53,888 bases of DNA from an uncultured Candidatus Saccharibacteria bacterium (lineage in GTDB: Bacteria > Patescibacteriota > Saccharimonadia > Saccharimonadales > 2-12-FULL-41-12). Location of the stretch: contig CAZFPJ010000002.1 of assembly GCA_964521095.1 (NCBI GenBank), positions 215,108-268,995 of the forward strand, given 5' to 3'. Of the stretch, positions 38,334 to 47,496 are shown piece after piece. The notes under the pieces are model-generated. The model was not told the DNA's origin and did not search any database. It saw only the letters and a list, made by a program, of their open reading frames with translations. The position numbers were made by a program, and so were the translations under genes. How positions within the stretch are numbered: the first letter of the stretch is position 1; every line of letters starts with the position of its first letter.

Positions 38334-39854
38334 TTAGTGAGCTTTGTCCGAAGTGTATCCTTTTAGAGGTTTGTCCTTTAACAAAAGTGCAATCACAAAA
38401 GAGGCTACCGCAAAAGGAATGCCTACCAAAAATACATCTCCAAAGGCTTGTCCAAAGGCGTTTTGTACAGCGTGTAGGACTTCTGGGGGTAATTGGTGCA
38501 TCTGAGAGGCGCTATTTTGCAGGTGACTAGAGGCGGTTGCTCCTGCTTCTCCTGGGAGCGCTTGAGATATATGAAAGACCAACCGGTTAGATAGCACAGC
38601 TCCAAAGACTGCCGCCCCTATTGCACTGCCTATACTCCTAAAAAATGTCACAGAAGAAGTCGCAGTACCCAGGTCTTTTGCATCAACGGCATTTTGTACA
38701 GACAGGGTCAGGATTGGCATAATCTGTCCAAGCCCCAGCCCAAGTATCGACATCCATACCCCTAGCAACACTCGACTTGTATCGGCAGTTATGTGTGCAA
38801 ATAGGAAAAAGCTAAGCGTAGTTAGTAGCGTTCCAATGATGGGGAATATTCGGTATTTACCAATTTTTGATACCAGCCTACCAGAGGCGATAGAGCCAAC
38901 CAGCATACCAGCCACAAATGGAAGCATCATTAGCCCCGATTTAGTAGCAGAGTCTCCGCGGATGAGTTGTTGGTATTCTGGTAAAAATATTAAGGCCCCG
39001 AACATGACTACCCCAAGCAAAAACGCTAGGGCGGTACTAGTGGTAAAGATACTGTTTTTAAATAGTCCTAGTGGAATTATAGGTTCTTTGGCGCGCTTTT
39101 CTTGCCAAACAAACAGTATTGCACTAACAATACTAACAATGAACAGTCCAATAATTTGGGCAGAGCCCCAGCCGTATTTATCACCACCCCACTCGGTGCC
39201 CAATAGCAGACTAATCCCCGCGATCGACAAGAATAATGCGCCAAGATAATCTACTTTGTGAGGAGATTTTTTAACTGGTAGGTGCAGTACAGTTGCAATA
39301 ACAAAAAGAGCCAACAGCCCAACGGGAACATTGATATAAAACACCCATCGCCAAGACGCATGATCTGTTATGAGCCCACCCAAAAGAGGCCCTGCGATGC
39401 TAGACACACCAAAGACTCCACCAAATAATCCTTGGTACTTTCCTCTGTCTCTTGGCGGTACAACATCACCAATGATTGCCATGACTAGAGTGAATAGCCC
39501 GCCAGCACCGATACCCTGGATGCCTCTAAACAAAATTAGTTGCGTCATATTCTGGCTCAGCCCACACAATACCGAGCCCACCAAAAATACACTTATAGAA
39601 AAAAGAAAGATCTTTTTACGGCCGTACATATCACTGACTTTTCCATAAAGGGGGGTGGAGATAGCGCTTGTCAGCAGGTATGAGGTGGCAACCCAAGAGT
39701 ATTCATTAAGTCCATTAAGATCACTAACTATCTTTGGTAGTGCTGTAGATATAATTGTTTGGTCTAGAGCTGCTAGCAATATCGCCAACATCAACGCCCC
39801 CATAATTACATTTATGTTTTGCGCTTTACCCTTAGATCTTAGTCTCTCAGTCAT
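38334..39854 (-). CDS. MFS transporter, DHA2 (EmrB/QacA, 14-TMS) family
   Basis: Contains LDQTIISTALPKI and GKVSDMYGRKKIF, with about 14 hydrophobic helices over 506 aa. Confidence 0.85.
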   Translation of the reverse strand: MTERLRSKGKAQNINVIMGALMLAILLAALDQTIISTALPKIVSDLNGLNEYSWVATSYLLTSAISTPLYGKVSDMYGRKKIFLFSISVFLVGSVLCGLSQNMTQLILFRGIQGIGAGGLFTLVMAIIGDVVPPRDRGKYQGLFGGVFGVSSIAGPLLGGLITDHASWRWVFYINVPVGLLALFVIATVLHLPVKKSPHKVDYLGALFLSIAGISLLLGTEWGGDKYGWGSAQIIGLFIVSIVSAILFVWQEKRAKEPIIPLGLFKNSIFTTSTALAFLLGVVMFGALIFLPEYQQLIRGDSATKSGLMMLPFVAGMLVGSIASGRLVSKIGKYRIFPIIGTLLTTLSFFLFAHITADTSRVLLGVWMSILGLGLGQIMPILTLSVQNAVDAKDLGTATSSVTFFRSIGSAIGAAVFGAVLSNRLVFHISQALPGEAGATASSHLQNSASQMHQLPPEVLHAVQNAFGQAFGDVFLVGIPFAVASFVIALLLKDKPLKGYTSDKAH

Positions 39855-39972
39855 TATTTTTTCCTTGTTTTATTGATTCAGCAGTTCACCAGTAGGCTAA
39901 TAATTATAAAATCTCAAGCATGTATTGTACCACGGCAAGATGATGAGGTTGTTGGGCGGGAAAAGCATTGCC

Positions 39973-40788
39973 CTAGACAGAGATGTCACGGCGTTTGAAG
40001 GCTACAGCGCCGATGCACGAAAATATTAATATGGTTAATATCATCACAAGGACAGACACGGAATTGATCTTGCCATTTATCAATGTTTCGCTAGGTACAA
40101 AATAATAAAAAATAGAGCCGTATTGTAATTTCTCAAGAGAGCTTACTAGCCCAGAGATCAGATTCATGACATACATAATCAATAGGCTACCACCCAGGGT
40201 TATATATACAGTACTGCGCTCTTTAGCTAGACTTGACAGCATCATGCCTGCCGAGAATACTACCCATCCAAACAAAAAACCGTACACAAAAGTCAGCCAT
40301 ACATGACTGCTGTTAATGCTGATATTCATGGCTATAGCGAGGGGAATTATAGACAATATAGAAGTGGCACAAAAGGCCAACAAGGCCAACAACCCGGCTA
40401 TATATTTAGACGCGAATATCTTGAGTCTAGGTAATGGCAGGGCAAGCAATAATGCTATGGTTCCGCGTTCAATTTCTCCCGCCAAAGCTCTGCCAGACAT
40501 AGACACGACTAACAAAATTGCCATAATTGGCCAGACAAAACTAAAGTGTTCTGTAGATAAAAATCCCTCAAGAGTCCCAATACTCATCTCCTTGATGTTA
40601 AAAGCCTCTAGCAGGGCTTTAGGATAAGAAGCAACGAGCTCATTGAACTTTGCTGATTCTTTGGCGAAACTTGGGAATATTGCCATGTACATCCATACAA
40701 AGCCCAACGCGATGAGGCAGTAGATAATGATTGTCCAGCGGAATTGGCGGAGCTCTTTTGCAATAGAGGGTATAAGCGATTGTTTCAT
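39973..40788 (-). CDS. ABC-2 type transporter permease
   Basis: 271 aa with 6 TM helices. It overlaps the ATPase gene by 4 nt. Confidence 0.7.
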   Translation of the reverse strand: MKQSLIPSIAKELRQFRWTIIIYCLIALGFVWMYMAIFPSFAKESAKFNELVASYPKALLEAFNIKEMSIGTLEGFLSTEHFSFVWPIMAILLVVSMSGRALAGEIERGTIALLLALPLPRLKIFASKYIAGLLALLAFCATSILSIIPLAIAMNISINSSHVWLTFVYGFLFGWVVFSAGMMLSSLAKERSTVYITLGGSLLIMYVMNLISGLVSSLEKLQYGSIFYYFVPSETLINGKINSVSVLVMILTILIFSCIGAVAFKRRDISV

Positions 40789-41660
40789 TTGTAGTACCTC
40801 AAAAATATATCTTCTAGACTTGCATGGTTAACCTGGATATCGTGCACTCGGTATTTCGATAGTCTATTAAGCAAGTCGTTTATGTCACCTGTCAGCTGTA
40901 GCTCCAGATTGGTTTTGTCAGCAGTCTTAATCTCTATATTGTTGGCTTCAAAGTCGCTTTTACGATACTCATCAGCAAATACGACTTTAACTATGTGAGT
41001 TTTCATTTTGTGTATAGATTGCATTGTCTCCTGGGTGACTAACTTTCCTGCGCGGATGATCCCAATCTGGTCGCAAACTTGCTCTACTTCACTCAGATTG
41101 TGCGAAGACATAAAGACTGTACCTCCACGCTTTTTGATGTTGCCTAGTATCGTATAAATCTCTTGCTGTAATATCGGGTCCAGCCCTCTTGTCGGCTCAT
41201 CTAGTATCAATATGTCGGGTTCATGCATTATTGCCAAGATTAGTCCAAGTTTTTGTTTGTTCCCCGATGATAAATATTGAAATTTTGTATTAGTATCTAG
41301 GCCAAACCGATCGGCTAGACTATATGCATCGTGACTTATCTGTCGTACCGAAGCTACAAACTCAATGTGTTCTTTGCTATTCCATCCACCGTAAAGCGCA
41401 TTATCGGCCGACAAGTATCCGATACTATTCTTGTACTCGACCCCAGACTTGGCTATATCTTTGCCAAATAATTTTATGCTTCCAGAAGTTGGGCTGATAA
41501 ACCCCATGATACTACGGATGGTAGTCGTTTTACCGGCACCATTTGGCCCCAAAAAACCAAATATTTGTCCTTGATCAACTTTAAGACTAAGGTTACTGAC
41601 AGCTTCTTTTTTGCCAAAAGATTTTGTTAGTTTAGTTAGCTCAATCATGTGTTTCTTCAT
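40785..41660 (-). CDS. ABC transporter ATP-binding protein
   Basis: Walker A is GPNGAGKTT, the signature is LSSGNKQK and Walker B is ILILDEP. Confidence 0.92.
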   Translation of the reverse strand: MKKHMIELTKLTKSFGKKEAVSNLSLKVDQGQIFGFLGPNGAGKTTTIRSIMGFISPTSGSIKLFGKDIAKSGVEYKNSIGYLSADNALYGGWNSKEHIEFVASVRQISHDAYSLADRFGLDTNTKFQYLSSGNKQKLGLILAIMHEPDILILDEPTRGLDPILQQEIYTILGNIKKRGGTVFMSSHNLSEVEQVCDQIGIIRAGKLVTQETMQSIHKMKTHIVKVVFADEYRKSDFEANNIEIKTADKTNLELQLTGDINDLLNRLSKYRVHDIQVNHASLEDIFLRYYK

Positions 41661-41768
41661 AGGGACTAGACCAATTCTTAAATAAACAATACCATAATTC
41701 TAAGAATTTGCTATAATGTAGGTTAAGAGTTGTACGCTCTCGGCATTAGATAGGGCGTATTTTTATTT

Positions 41769-43598
41769 ATGATAAACACCAACCAAGACCCAGACAAGAT
41801 TCGCAATATTGCTATTATTGCTCATGTTGACCATGGCAAGACTACTCTTGTCGATGGTCTTTTAAAGCAATCTCAGATTTTCCGAGCCAACCAGGCCGAG
41901 ATGAGCCAGGATCTTATCATGGACTCCGGCGACCAAGAAAAAGAGCGAGGCATAACCATCACCGCCAAGATTACCGCTGTTAGTCACGACGACTATCGAA
42001 TCAATATCATCGATACTCCCGGGCATGCAGATTTCTCTGGCGAGGTAGAGAGAACTCTCAATATGGCTGACGGTGTTATTTTGATAGTTGACGCCCAAGA
42101 GGGCCCGATGCCCCAGACCAAGTTTGTGCTTTCGTTGGCCCTAGCAAACGAACTCAAGCCGATTGTTATCATCAACAAAATAGATAAACCAGCTTCGCGC
42201 ATTCAAGAGGTAAAGGACGAGCTAGATGATCTCTTTTTGGAACTAGCTATCCATGAAGAACAGCTAAAATTCCCAATTTATTACGCCATTGGCCGAGAGG
42301 GCAAGGCTTGGGACGAGATACCAGCCAGCACTGAGGGTACGGCAGACTTATCGCCAATTTTTGACGCTATTATCTCGCATATTCCTGCGCCCAACCTAGA
42401 CACAGCCAAGCCACTGCAAATGATGGTTACAGCACTAGCTTATGACAGCTACAAGGGCAAATACGCTATCGGCCGAATCATGGCTGGCAGTATTAAGCCG
42501 GGCGACCCTATAACTCTCTGTAAAAAAGACGGCACTATAGCAAAAGCCAAGATAGACAAGGTTTATATGAGTCAGGGCCTAGCAAGGTTCGAGGTGGCTG
42601 GAGGAATTGCGGGGGATATCGTGCAGGTTACGGGTCTGGCAGACGCTCAGATTGGCGAAACAATCGCCGATGCGACTAATCCAGAAGCTTTGCCTCCGCT
42701 AGAGGTAGAGGAGCCAACTCTGCAGATTTATCTTGGCCCAAACACATCGCCGTTCAAGGGGCTAGAGGGCGACTTTACCACTAGTCGGCAAATTGGCGAT
42801 AGACTCAAAAAAGAGCTAGAGACCAATGTTGGCTTGCGTTTGGGCGAGCAGGGAATTGGCTTTTTAGTATCTGGTCGTGGCGAACTTCATCTTAGTGTGC
42901 TTATAGAAACCATGCGCCGTGAGGGTTATGAATTTGAAGTGGGGCGACCGCAGGTAGTTACTCGGGTCGAAGATGGCAAAACCTTAGAGCCAGTAGAAGA
43001 GCTAATTATCGAGGTGCCCGAAGAGCATGTCGGTACAGTCCAGATGGAGCTAGGCGCTCGTCGCGCAACCTTGCTGGAGCAATTCGCCAGCCCGAAGGGC
43101 CTAACCAAACTTATCTACAAAATCCCAACAAAGGCTTTGCTAGGACTTCGGGGCACTCTAATAACTCGGACAAAGGGAACGGTTATCATGAACTCACTTA
43201 TTTTAGGGTTCGAGCCCATAACTCCAGATCTCAAACAGCTTCGCGAAGGCGTTTTGATCGCCTTCGAGACAGGGGTTACCACGCCTTATTCTCTGCAGAC
43301 AGTAGAGAGCCGAGGAACATGTTTTGTGAATCCGGGAGTTAAAGTTTACGCTGGGCAGGTTATCGGCCAAAACACTCGCTCCGAAGATATGGAGATAAAT
43401 GTCTGCAAAGCCAAGCAACTCACTAACATGCGCAGTACCTCTAGTGATGGCGTAGTACAGCTAACTCCTCCAAAAATCATGAGCCTAGAAGAAAGCCTAG
43501 ACTTTATAGAAAAAGACGAATTATTAGAGGTAACCCCAGAGAGCCTTCGAGTTCGCAAAAAAGAGCTTAACCACAGCCAGCGCAAACGCTCTAACTAA
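41769..43598 (+). CDS. typA: Translational GTPase TypA/BipA
   Basis: G motifs are AHVDHGKTT, DTPGH and NKID. At 609 aa it has the BipA-type domain order. Confidence 0.95.
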   Translation: MINTNQDPDKIRNIAIIAHVDHGKTTLVDGLLKQSQIFRANQAEMSQDLIMDSGDQEKERGITITAKITAVSHDDYRINIIDTPGHADFSGEVERTLNMADGVILIVDAQEGPMPQTKFVLSLALANELKPIVIINKIDKPASRIQEVKDELDDLFLELAIHEEQLKFPIYYAIGREGKAWDEIPASTEGTADLSPIFDAIISHIPAPNLDTAKPLQMMVTALAYDSYKGKYAIGRIMAGSIKPGDPITLCKKDGTIAKAKIDKVYMSQGLARFEVAGGIAGDIVQVTGLADAQIGETIADATNPEALPPLEVEEPTLQIYLGPNTSPFKGLEGDFTTSRQIGDRLKKELETNVGLRLGEQGIGFLVSGRGELHLSVLIETMRREGYEFEVGRPQVVTRVEDGKTLEPVEELIIEVPEEHVGTVQMELGARRATLLEQFASPKGLTKLIYKIPTKALLGLRGTLITRTKGTVIMNSLILGFEPITPDLKQLREGVLIAFETGVTTPYSLQTVESRGTCFVNPGVKVYAGQVIGQNTRSEDMEINVCKAKQLTNMRSTSSDGVVQLTPPKIMSLEESLDFIEKDELLEVTPESLRVRKKELNHSQRKRSN

Positions 43599-44584
43599 TA
43601 TTTGTTGAGTTTGGGCGCTTGGTCTATAAGTCTTTGGGACATATCAAACAGCTCGTCTGGGGTTTTTGCGTCCATTACAACACCTATAAACAAATCACCA
43701 GAGGGTAGTTTGTCTGGAATCTTAGCAACAAACAGTAGGCACCAACCAGCCTCGTCGGTGTTGCCGGGCTTTCCACCCACTACGGCGGGGTTGATGTGCA
43801 GAAGCCTGTTGCCATTTTTTATTTTTCCGGCGACTGGTATGTTGGCCTCTTTTTGAGCTGTTATCTCTGCAATTACGGGGTTTTTCATGGCCATCTGAGT
43901 AACGATTACCATGTCTGACGGAGTGCTAACTGTATTTGGCAAAAACCCACTAGCATCCGATACTACAGTGCCTTTTAGGTTATATTTTTTGATCATATTA
44001 TTAGCGTATTTTGTGTAGTTTTCTGTACTGCCAAAAACTCGTCTAACCAACGAATCCGTCACATTATTGGAGCTAGGCAACAACATCGCCTGCAGGGCTT
44101 CATACTGGTTCATACTTTTGCCAACTTCAACTGGCGTTACGGCTCCGTCTTTGGCCTGGTACTCTGCAAAAATCCTTGCATCTTCTTCGTCAAAAACTAT
44201 CGTTATACCTTTTTCGCCCTGTTTTAGGGGAGCTTTTTCTAATATGGCAAGGGCGGTAATAATTTTTGCCATGCTAGCAATTGGTCTAGGGGTAATTGCC
44301 GTCTCAGAACTAGCTACTACCCCGGATTTTAGGGTTCCGACGGCAGTATATTTGGTTGGCCAATCAAATTTTGCAGATTGCTTTTGTTGACCACTGGTTT
44401 CTGTAGCAACTGGGGTGGTGCTTGTTGGATTTTTATGCCATATATTTAGGCCAAATGCAGAGCTAGCAACCAGCACAACAGTTGTCAGGATTATCTTTCT
44501 GTTTTTTCGAGCTTTGGCTTTGTCGCGCCCCCTCGAGCGCGGATTTTTGTAATAAACATACATGAGTCTATTATACAGGCGCAT
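43595..44584 (-). CDS. D-alanyl-D-alanine carboxypeptidase (serine peptidase S11-like), membrane anchored
   Basis: The SxxK motif is ASMAKI, the SxN motif is SSNN, and there is a KTG-like GKPGNT. An N-terminal TM helix is present. Confidence 0.8.
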   Translation of the reverse strand: MRLYNRLMYVYYKNPRSRGRDKAKARKNRKIILTTVVLVASSAFGLNIWHKNPTSTTPVATETSGQQKQSAKFDWPTKYTAVGTLKSGVVASSETAITPRPIASMAKIITALAILEKAPLKQGEKGITIVFDEEDARIFAEYQAKDGAVTPVEVGKSMNQYEALQAMLLPSSNNVTDSLVRRVFGSTENYTKYANNMIKKYNLKGTVVSDASGFLPNTVSTPSDMVIVTQMAMKNPVIAEITAQKEANIPVAGKIKNGNRLLHINPAVVGGKPGNTDEAGWCLLFVAKIPDKLPSGDLFIGVVMDAKTPDELFDMSQRLIDQAPKLNKY

Positions 44585-44655
44585 AACTATGGTTTTCTGT
44601 AAGTATCATAAAATAGTGCTACAATTTTCGTATTTTTTCGTTTAGCATATTAGGT

Positions 44656-45435
44656 ATGGGTAGCAATTCTTCGCTTAAACATGAAAATTATGAGATATTA
44701 AATTTACTTGGCTACGGGTTAGCTAAATTTGATAATAAGTTTATAGAAGAATTTGGCTTTTCAACTAAGCAGTCCTTCTTTAATTACTTTGTTGCTCTTG
44801 GATTGGTCAAAACTGCCAGCGTTGTCAAAAATCGTATGGATCTATTTGACCCATATTTTGATAATAACCGCAGAGGATGGTGGCAGAAAGCGGACGCATA
44901 CAGGCATAGAAAGATTTTGATAGACAGTTTGTTCGGTGATGAGAATGTAAGAGATTATGCTAACATCATAAAACTGTTCTTGTATGAAAACCATGATATC
45001 AAAGAATATTTTGAAAAAGTTAGGCCAATTACAAAGACAAGATTTAAGAAGTTACAGCAAACAGGTTTTGAGGCCGAACAGTATTTCATTACTAATTTTA
45101 GTGAAATTAAGCAATTCAGGAATGGAGATATTACAGATGCAAGATTGTATGGAGATGGTTATGACTTTCAGATAGATGTCGGTGGTAGGTCCTTGCTCGC
45201 AGAAGTAAAGGGAGTCAGGACGGCTAAGGGAAGGTTTAGGTTTACTGAAAACGAATATAAAAAAGCTTCTGAGTATAGAGAAGATTACTTTGTCGCTCTT
45301 GTCATGAATCTTGAGAATAAACCGACTTTTAAAATTGTGAATAATCCGATAATGAATCTAGTTTTTTTAGAGAAGATTGTCTCTTCTAAACAAACGAAAG
45401 AGTATCAGTTGGCTTCCGACATATCGCTGTACTAA
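44656..45435 (+). CDS. DUF3883-like PD-(D/E)xK nuclease-fold protein with unknown N-terminal domain
   Basis: The C-terminal part reads GFEAEQYF...GDGYDFQIDVGGRSLLAEVKGV...FRFTENEYKKASEYREDYFVALV, a D...ExK arrangement typical of DUF3883. Confidence 0.6.
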   Translation: MGSNSSLKHENYEILNLLGYGLAKFDNKFIEEFGFSTKQSFFNYFVALGLVKTASVVKNRMDLFDPYFDNNRRGWWQKADAYRHRKILIDSLFGDENVRDYANIIKLFLYENHDIKEYFEKVRPITKTRFKKLQQTGFEAEQYFITNFSEIKQFRNGDITDARLYGDGYDFQIDVGGRSLLAEVKGVRTAKGRFRFTENEYKKASEYREDYFVALVMNLENKPTFKIVNNPIMNLVFLEKIVSSKQTKEYQLASDISLY

Positions 45436-45454
45436 GTACAGCTTAGTTGTTTCT

Positions 45455-45497
45455 TGGCTAGGGTGGAGGGATTCGACCTACCTTCGGCAGGCCCGTC
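45455..45497 (-). pseudogene. Partial copy of the tRNA-Gln 3' part (T arm, acceptor 3' strand, CCA)
   Basis: tggctagggtggagggattcga (45455-45476) is identical to 45643-45664. Weaker similarity extends toward the anticodon arm. Confidence 0.6.
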
Positions 45498-45595
45498 GCA
45501 ACATCTTTCAAAACAAGTTTTGAAGAGTTGGCTCCCTTGCGAAATGCCACTGGCATTTCTCACCCCGATCATTGTCGGGGGTACGAACCACATGC

Positions 45596-45642
45596 ATTAA
45601 AACAGGGTTGTCTCAACACTATGAAAGTGTCGATGACAACCC
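45596..45642 (-). terminator. Intrinsic terminator directly after tRNA-Gln
   Basis: On the minus strand an outer 8-bp stem, GGGTTGTC/GACAACCC, and an inner ACACT/AGTGT stem are followed by TGTTTTAA. Confidence 0.7.
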
Positions 45643-45716
45643 TGGCTAGGGTGGAGGGATTCGAACCCCCGATCATGGGACCAGAACCCACTGCCTTACC
45701 ACTTGGCTACACCCTA
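45643..45716 (-). tRNA. tRNA-Gln (anticodon CTG), U1:A72, discriminator G, CCA encoded
   Basis: On the minus strand the fold is TAGGGTG-TA-GCC-AAGTGGTAA-GGC-A-GTGGG-TTCTGGT-CCCAT-GATC-GGGGG-TTCGAAT-CCCTC-CACCCTA-G-CCA. Confidence 0.92.
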
Positions 45717-45754
45717 TTGATGCGTTCTATTTTAGCGTAACTAGCAGGGAATCG

Positions 45755-46489
45755 CTAGTTTTTGAATGCTGACTTTACTTTGGTGGCTACTTTGCCGATC
45801 TTGCTGGCCTTTTCTTCTTTTTTGAGGTCTACCATTAGCAAGGCTGCCTCGCTGAATGTATCGGCATGGACTCCGCGCAGGGTAGTCCGGGCATCTTCGG
45901 TGGCAACTGTATCGCCATATTTATCGACTATGTGGTGATGCAGATACCTTACCAAATCTTTAGGAGCAATAATGGCAAATTCGTCACCGCCTACTCTGAA
46001 AACCCTCTCCCCAACGCCGTACTTTTCGGCTTCGGATTTTATAAAGTTGGCAACTTTGACTATCTCTTTGTCTCCCTCGTCTTGACCATAGGTGTTGTTG
46101 ACGGCTTCAAAATTGCGGGCATCTAAAAACAAAAAGGCTGTTTCTGGGTCTGATTCGGCTGTTTCGCGGGCAAGGGTAAACACCTCTTTATCGGCAAGGC
46201 CAGTTAGTGCATCTGTGTTGGCTTTGCGTTGCAAAATTCGCTTTTCTTCGCCAACAACTGGCACCAATAGCTCGGCAAGTTCTACCAAGTCTTCGGGGGT
46301 GCCAATCTGAAAATCTCGTTCGGCAATCCAGGTAGTAGCAATATCTATAAAATTAACGCATTTCTCTAGATCGCGCTGGGTTGGGGCACCCTTGGCAACC
46401 CATTCAACAGCAAAGTCATGGGCCTGGTGGACCATGTCTGCTTTTTCCTCTGGGGTTAGAGGCTGTTCTCTGGGTTCAAATTCATGCAT
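45755..46489 (-). CDS. GGDEF-domain protein (putative diguanylate cyclase) with unknown N-terminal domain
   Basis: Contains DALTGLADKEVF, LDARNFEAVNNTYGQDEGDKEIV and the active-site loop RVGGDEFAII. Confidence 0.8.
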   Translation of the reverse strand: MHEFEPREQPLTPEEKADMVHQAHDFAVEWVAKGAPTQRDLEKCVNFIDIATTWIAERDFQIGTPEDLVELAELLVPVVGEEKRILQRKANTDALTGLADKEVFTLARETAESDPETAFLFLDARNFEAVNNTYGQDEGDKEIVKVANFIKSEAEKYGVGERVFRVGGDEFAIIAPKDLVRYLHHHIVDKYGDTVATEDARTTLRGVHADTFSEAALLMVDLKKEEKASKIGKVATKVKSAFKN

Positions 46490-46582
46490 ATCTTTATATT
46501 ATACCATGTATTGCAAACAAAAACAATATATTTGGTAGTTAATTTTTACTCCTCACTACTTTCTAGAGTACAATAATAGCCA

Positions 46583-47491
46583 ATGCAACGAAAAATTTTT
46601 GTGGGGATTGGGGTTGTTGGCACGATCGCATGTTTGGCGGTTTTTACTGCTCAACCTAGTTTTCCTACACCAGATAAATTGTTAGTTTTTGCCATTTTTG
46701 TAGCTATGTTGTTTGGCCAAGCCAAGGAGTTAACCAAACGGTTAGCGCCCTTTGTGGCGTTGCTACTTGTATACGAGTCGTTTAGGGGAATTGCTGACCA
46801 CCTGAATAACCATGTCAATTATATGTTTATGCCCGAGGCCGATAAATTTCTGTTTTTTGGGCATTTGCCCACGACAGTATTACAGGGGTGGTGGTGGCAT
46901 GGTGCAGTCCAGTGGTATGACTTTGTATTTTATCTAGCCTATATGATGCACTTTGTATTGCCGATTGCATTGGCTGTACTAATTTGGAAAACTCGAGACT
47001 CGCAGTACTGGCGATTTGTGACCACCTATGTGGTCTTGTCTTTCGCAGGATTTTTTACCTATTTAGTGTTTCCGGCGGCACCCCCTTGGATGGCCAGCGA
47101 TATGGGGTTGATAGAGCCAATTACTAGGGTTTCTAGTCAGGTCTGGTCGGCGCTTGGGATTCACGATTTCCCAAGTTTATACAACGACATCTCGCCCAAC
47201 CCTGTCGCTGCAGTGCCGTCTCTGCATGCTGCATATGCACTGCTGTTTGCGCTATTTTTGACAGTTTTATACAAAACACGCTGGCGACTACTAGCTTGGA
47301 TCTATCCAGTCTTAATATGGACAGGCACAGTCTACCAGGGAGAGCATTATGTGATAGATGCAGTCTTGGGGGTTATCTATGCTGGTTTGGCTTATCTGTT
47401 AGCGCCGTATGTTATCAAGGGGATTGGGCTGGGCTGGAACAAGCTAAAGAGTGTGGGCTTGGCTAAAAGGTTGGCAAATAAGTTACAATAG
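46583..47491 (+). CDS. PAP2-superfamily membrane protein (PAP2_3 / inositolphosphotransferase-like)
   Basis: A polytopic protein with FPAAPPW, SLHAAYA and GEHYVIDA (PAP2 C2/C3-like His and Asp). Confidence 0.65.
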   Translation: MQRKIFVGIGVVGTIACLAVFTAQPSFPTPDKLLVFAIFVAMLFGQAKELTKRLAPFVALLLVYESFRGIADHLNNHVNYMFMPEADKFLFFGHLPTTVLQGWWWHGAVQWYDFVFYLAYMMHFVLPIALAVLIWKTRDSQYWRFVTTYVVLSFAGFFTYLVFPAAPPWMASDMGLIEPITRVSSQVWSALGIHDFPSLYNDISPNPVAAVPSLHAAYALLFALFLTVLYKTRWRLLAWIYPVLIWTGTVYQGEHYVIDAVLGVIYAGLAYLLAPYVIKGIGLGWNKLKSVGLAKRLANKLQ

Positions 47492-47496
47492 TCCTT

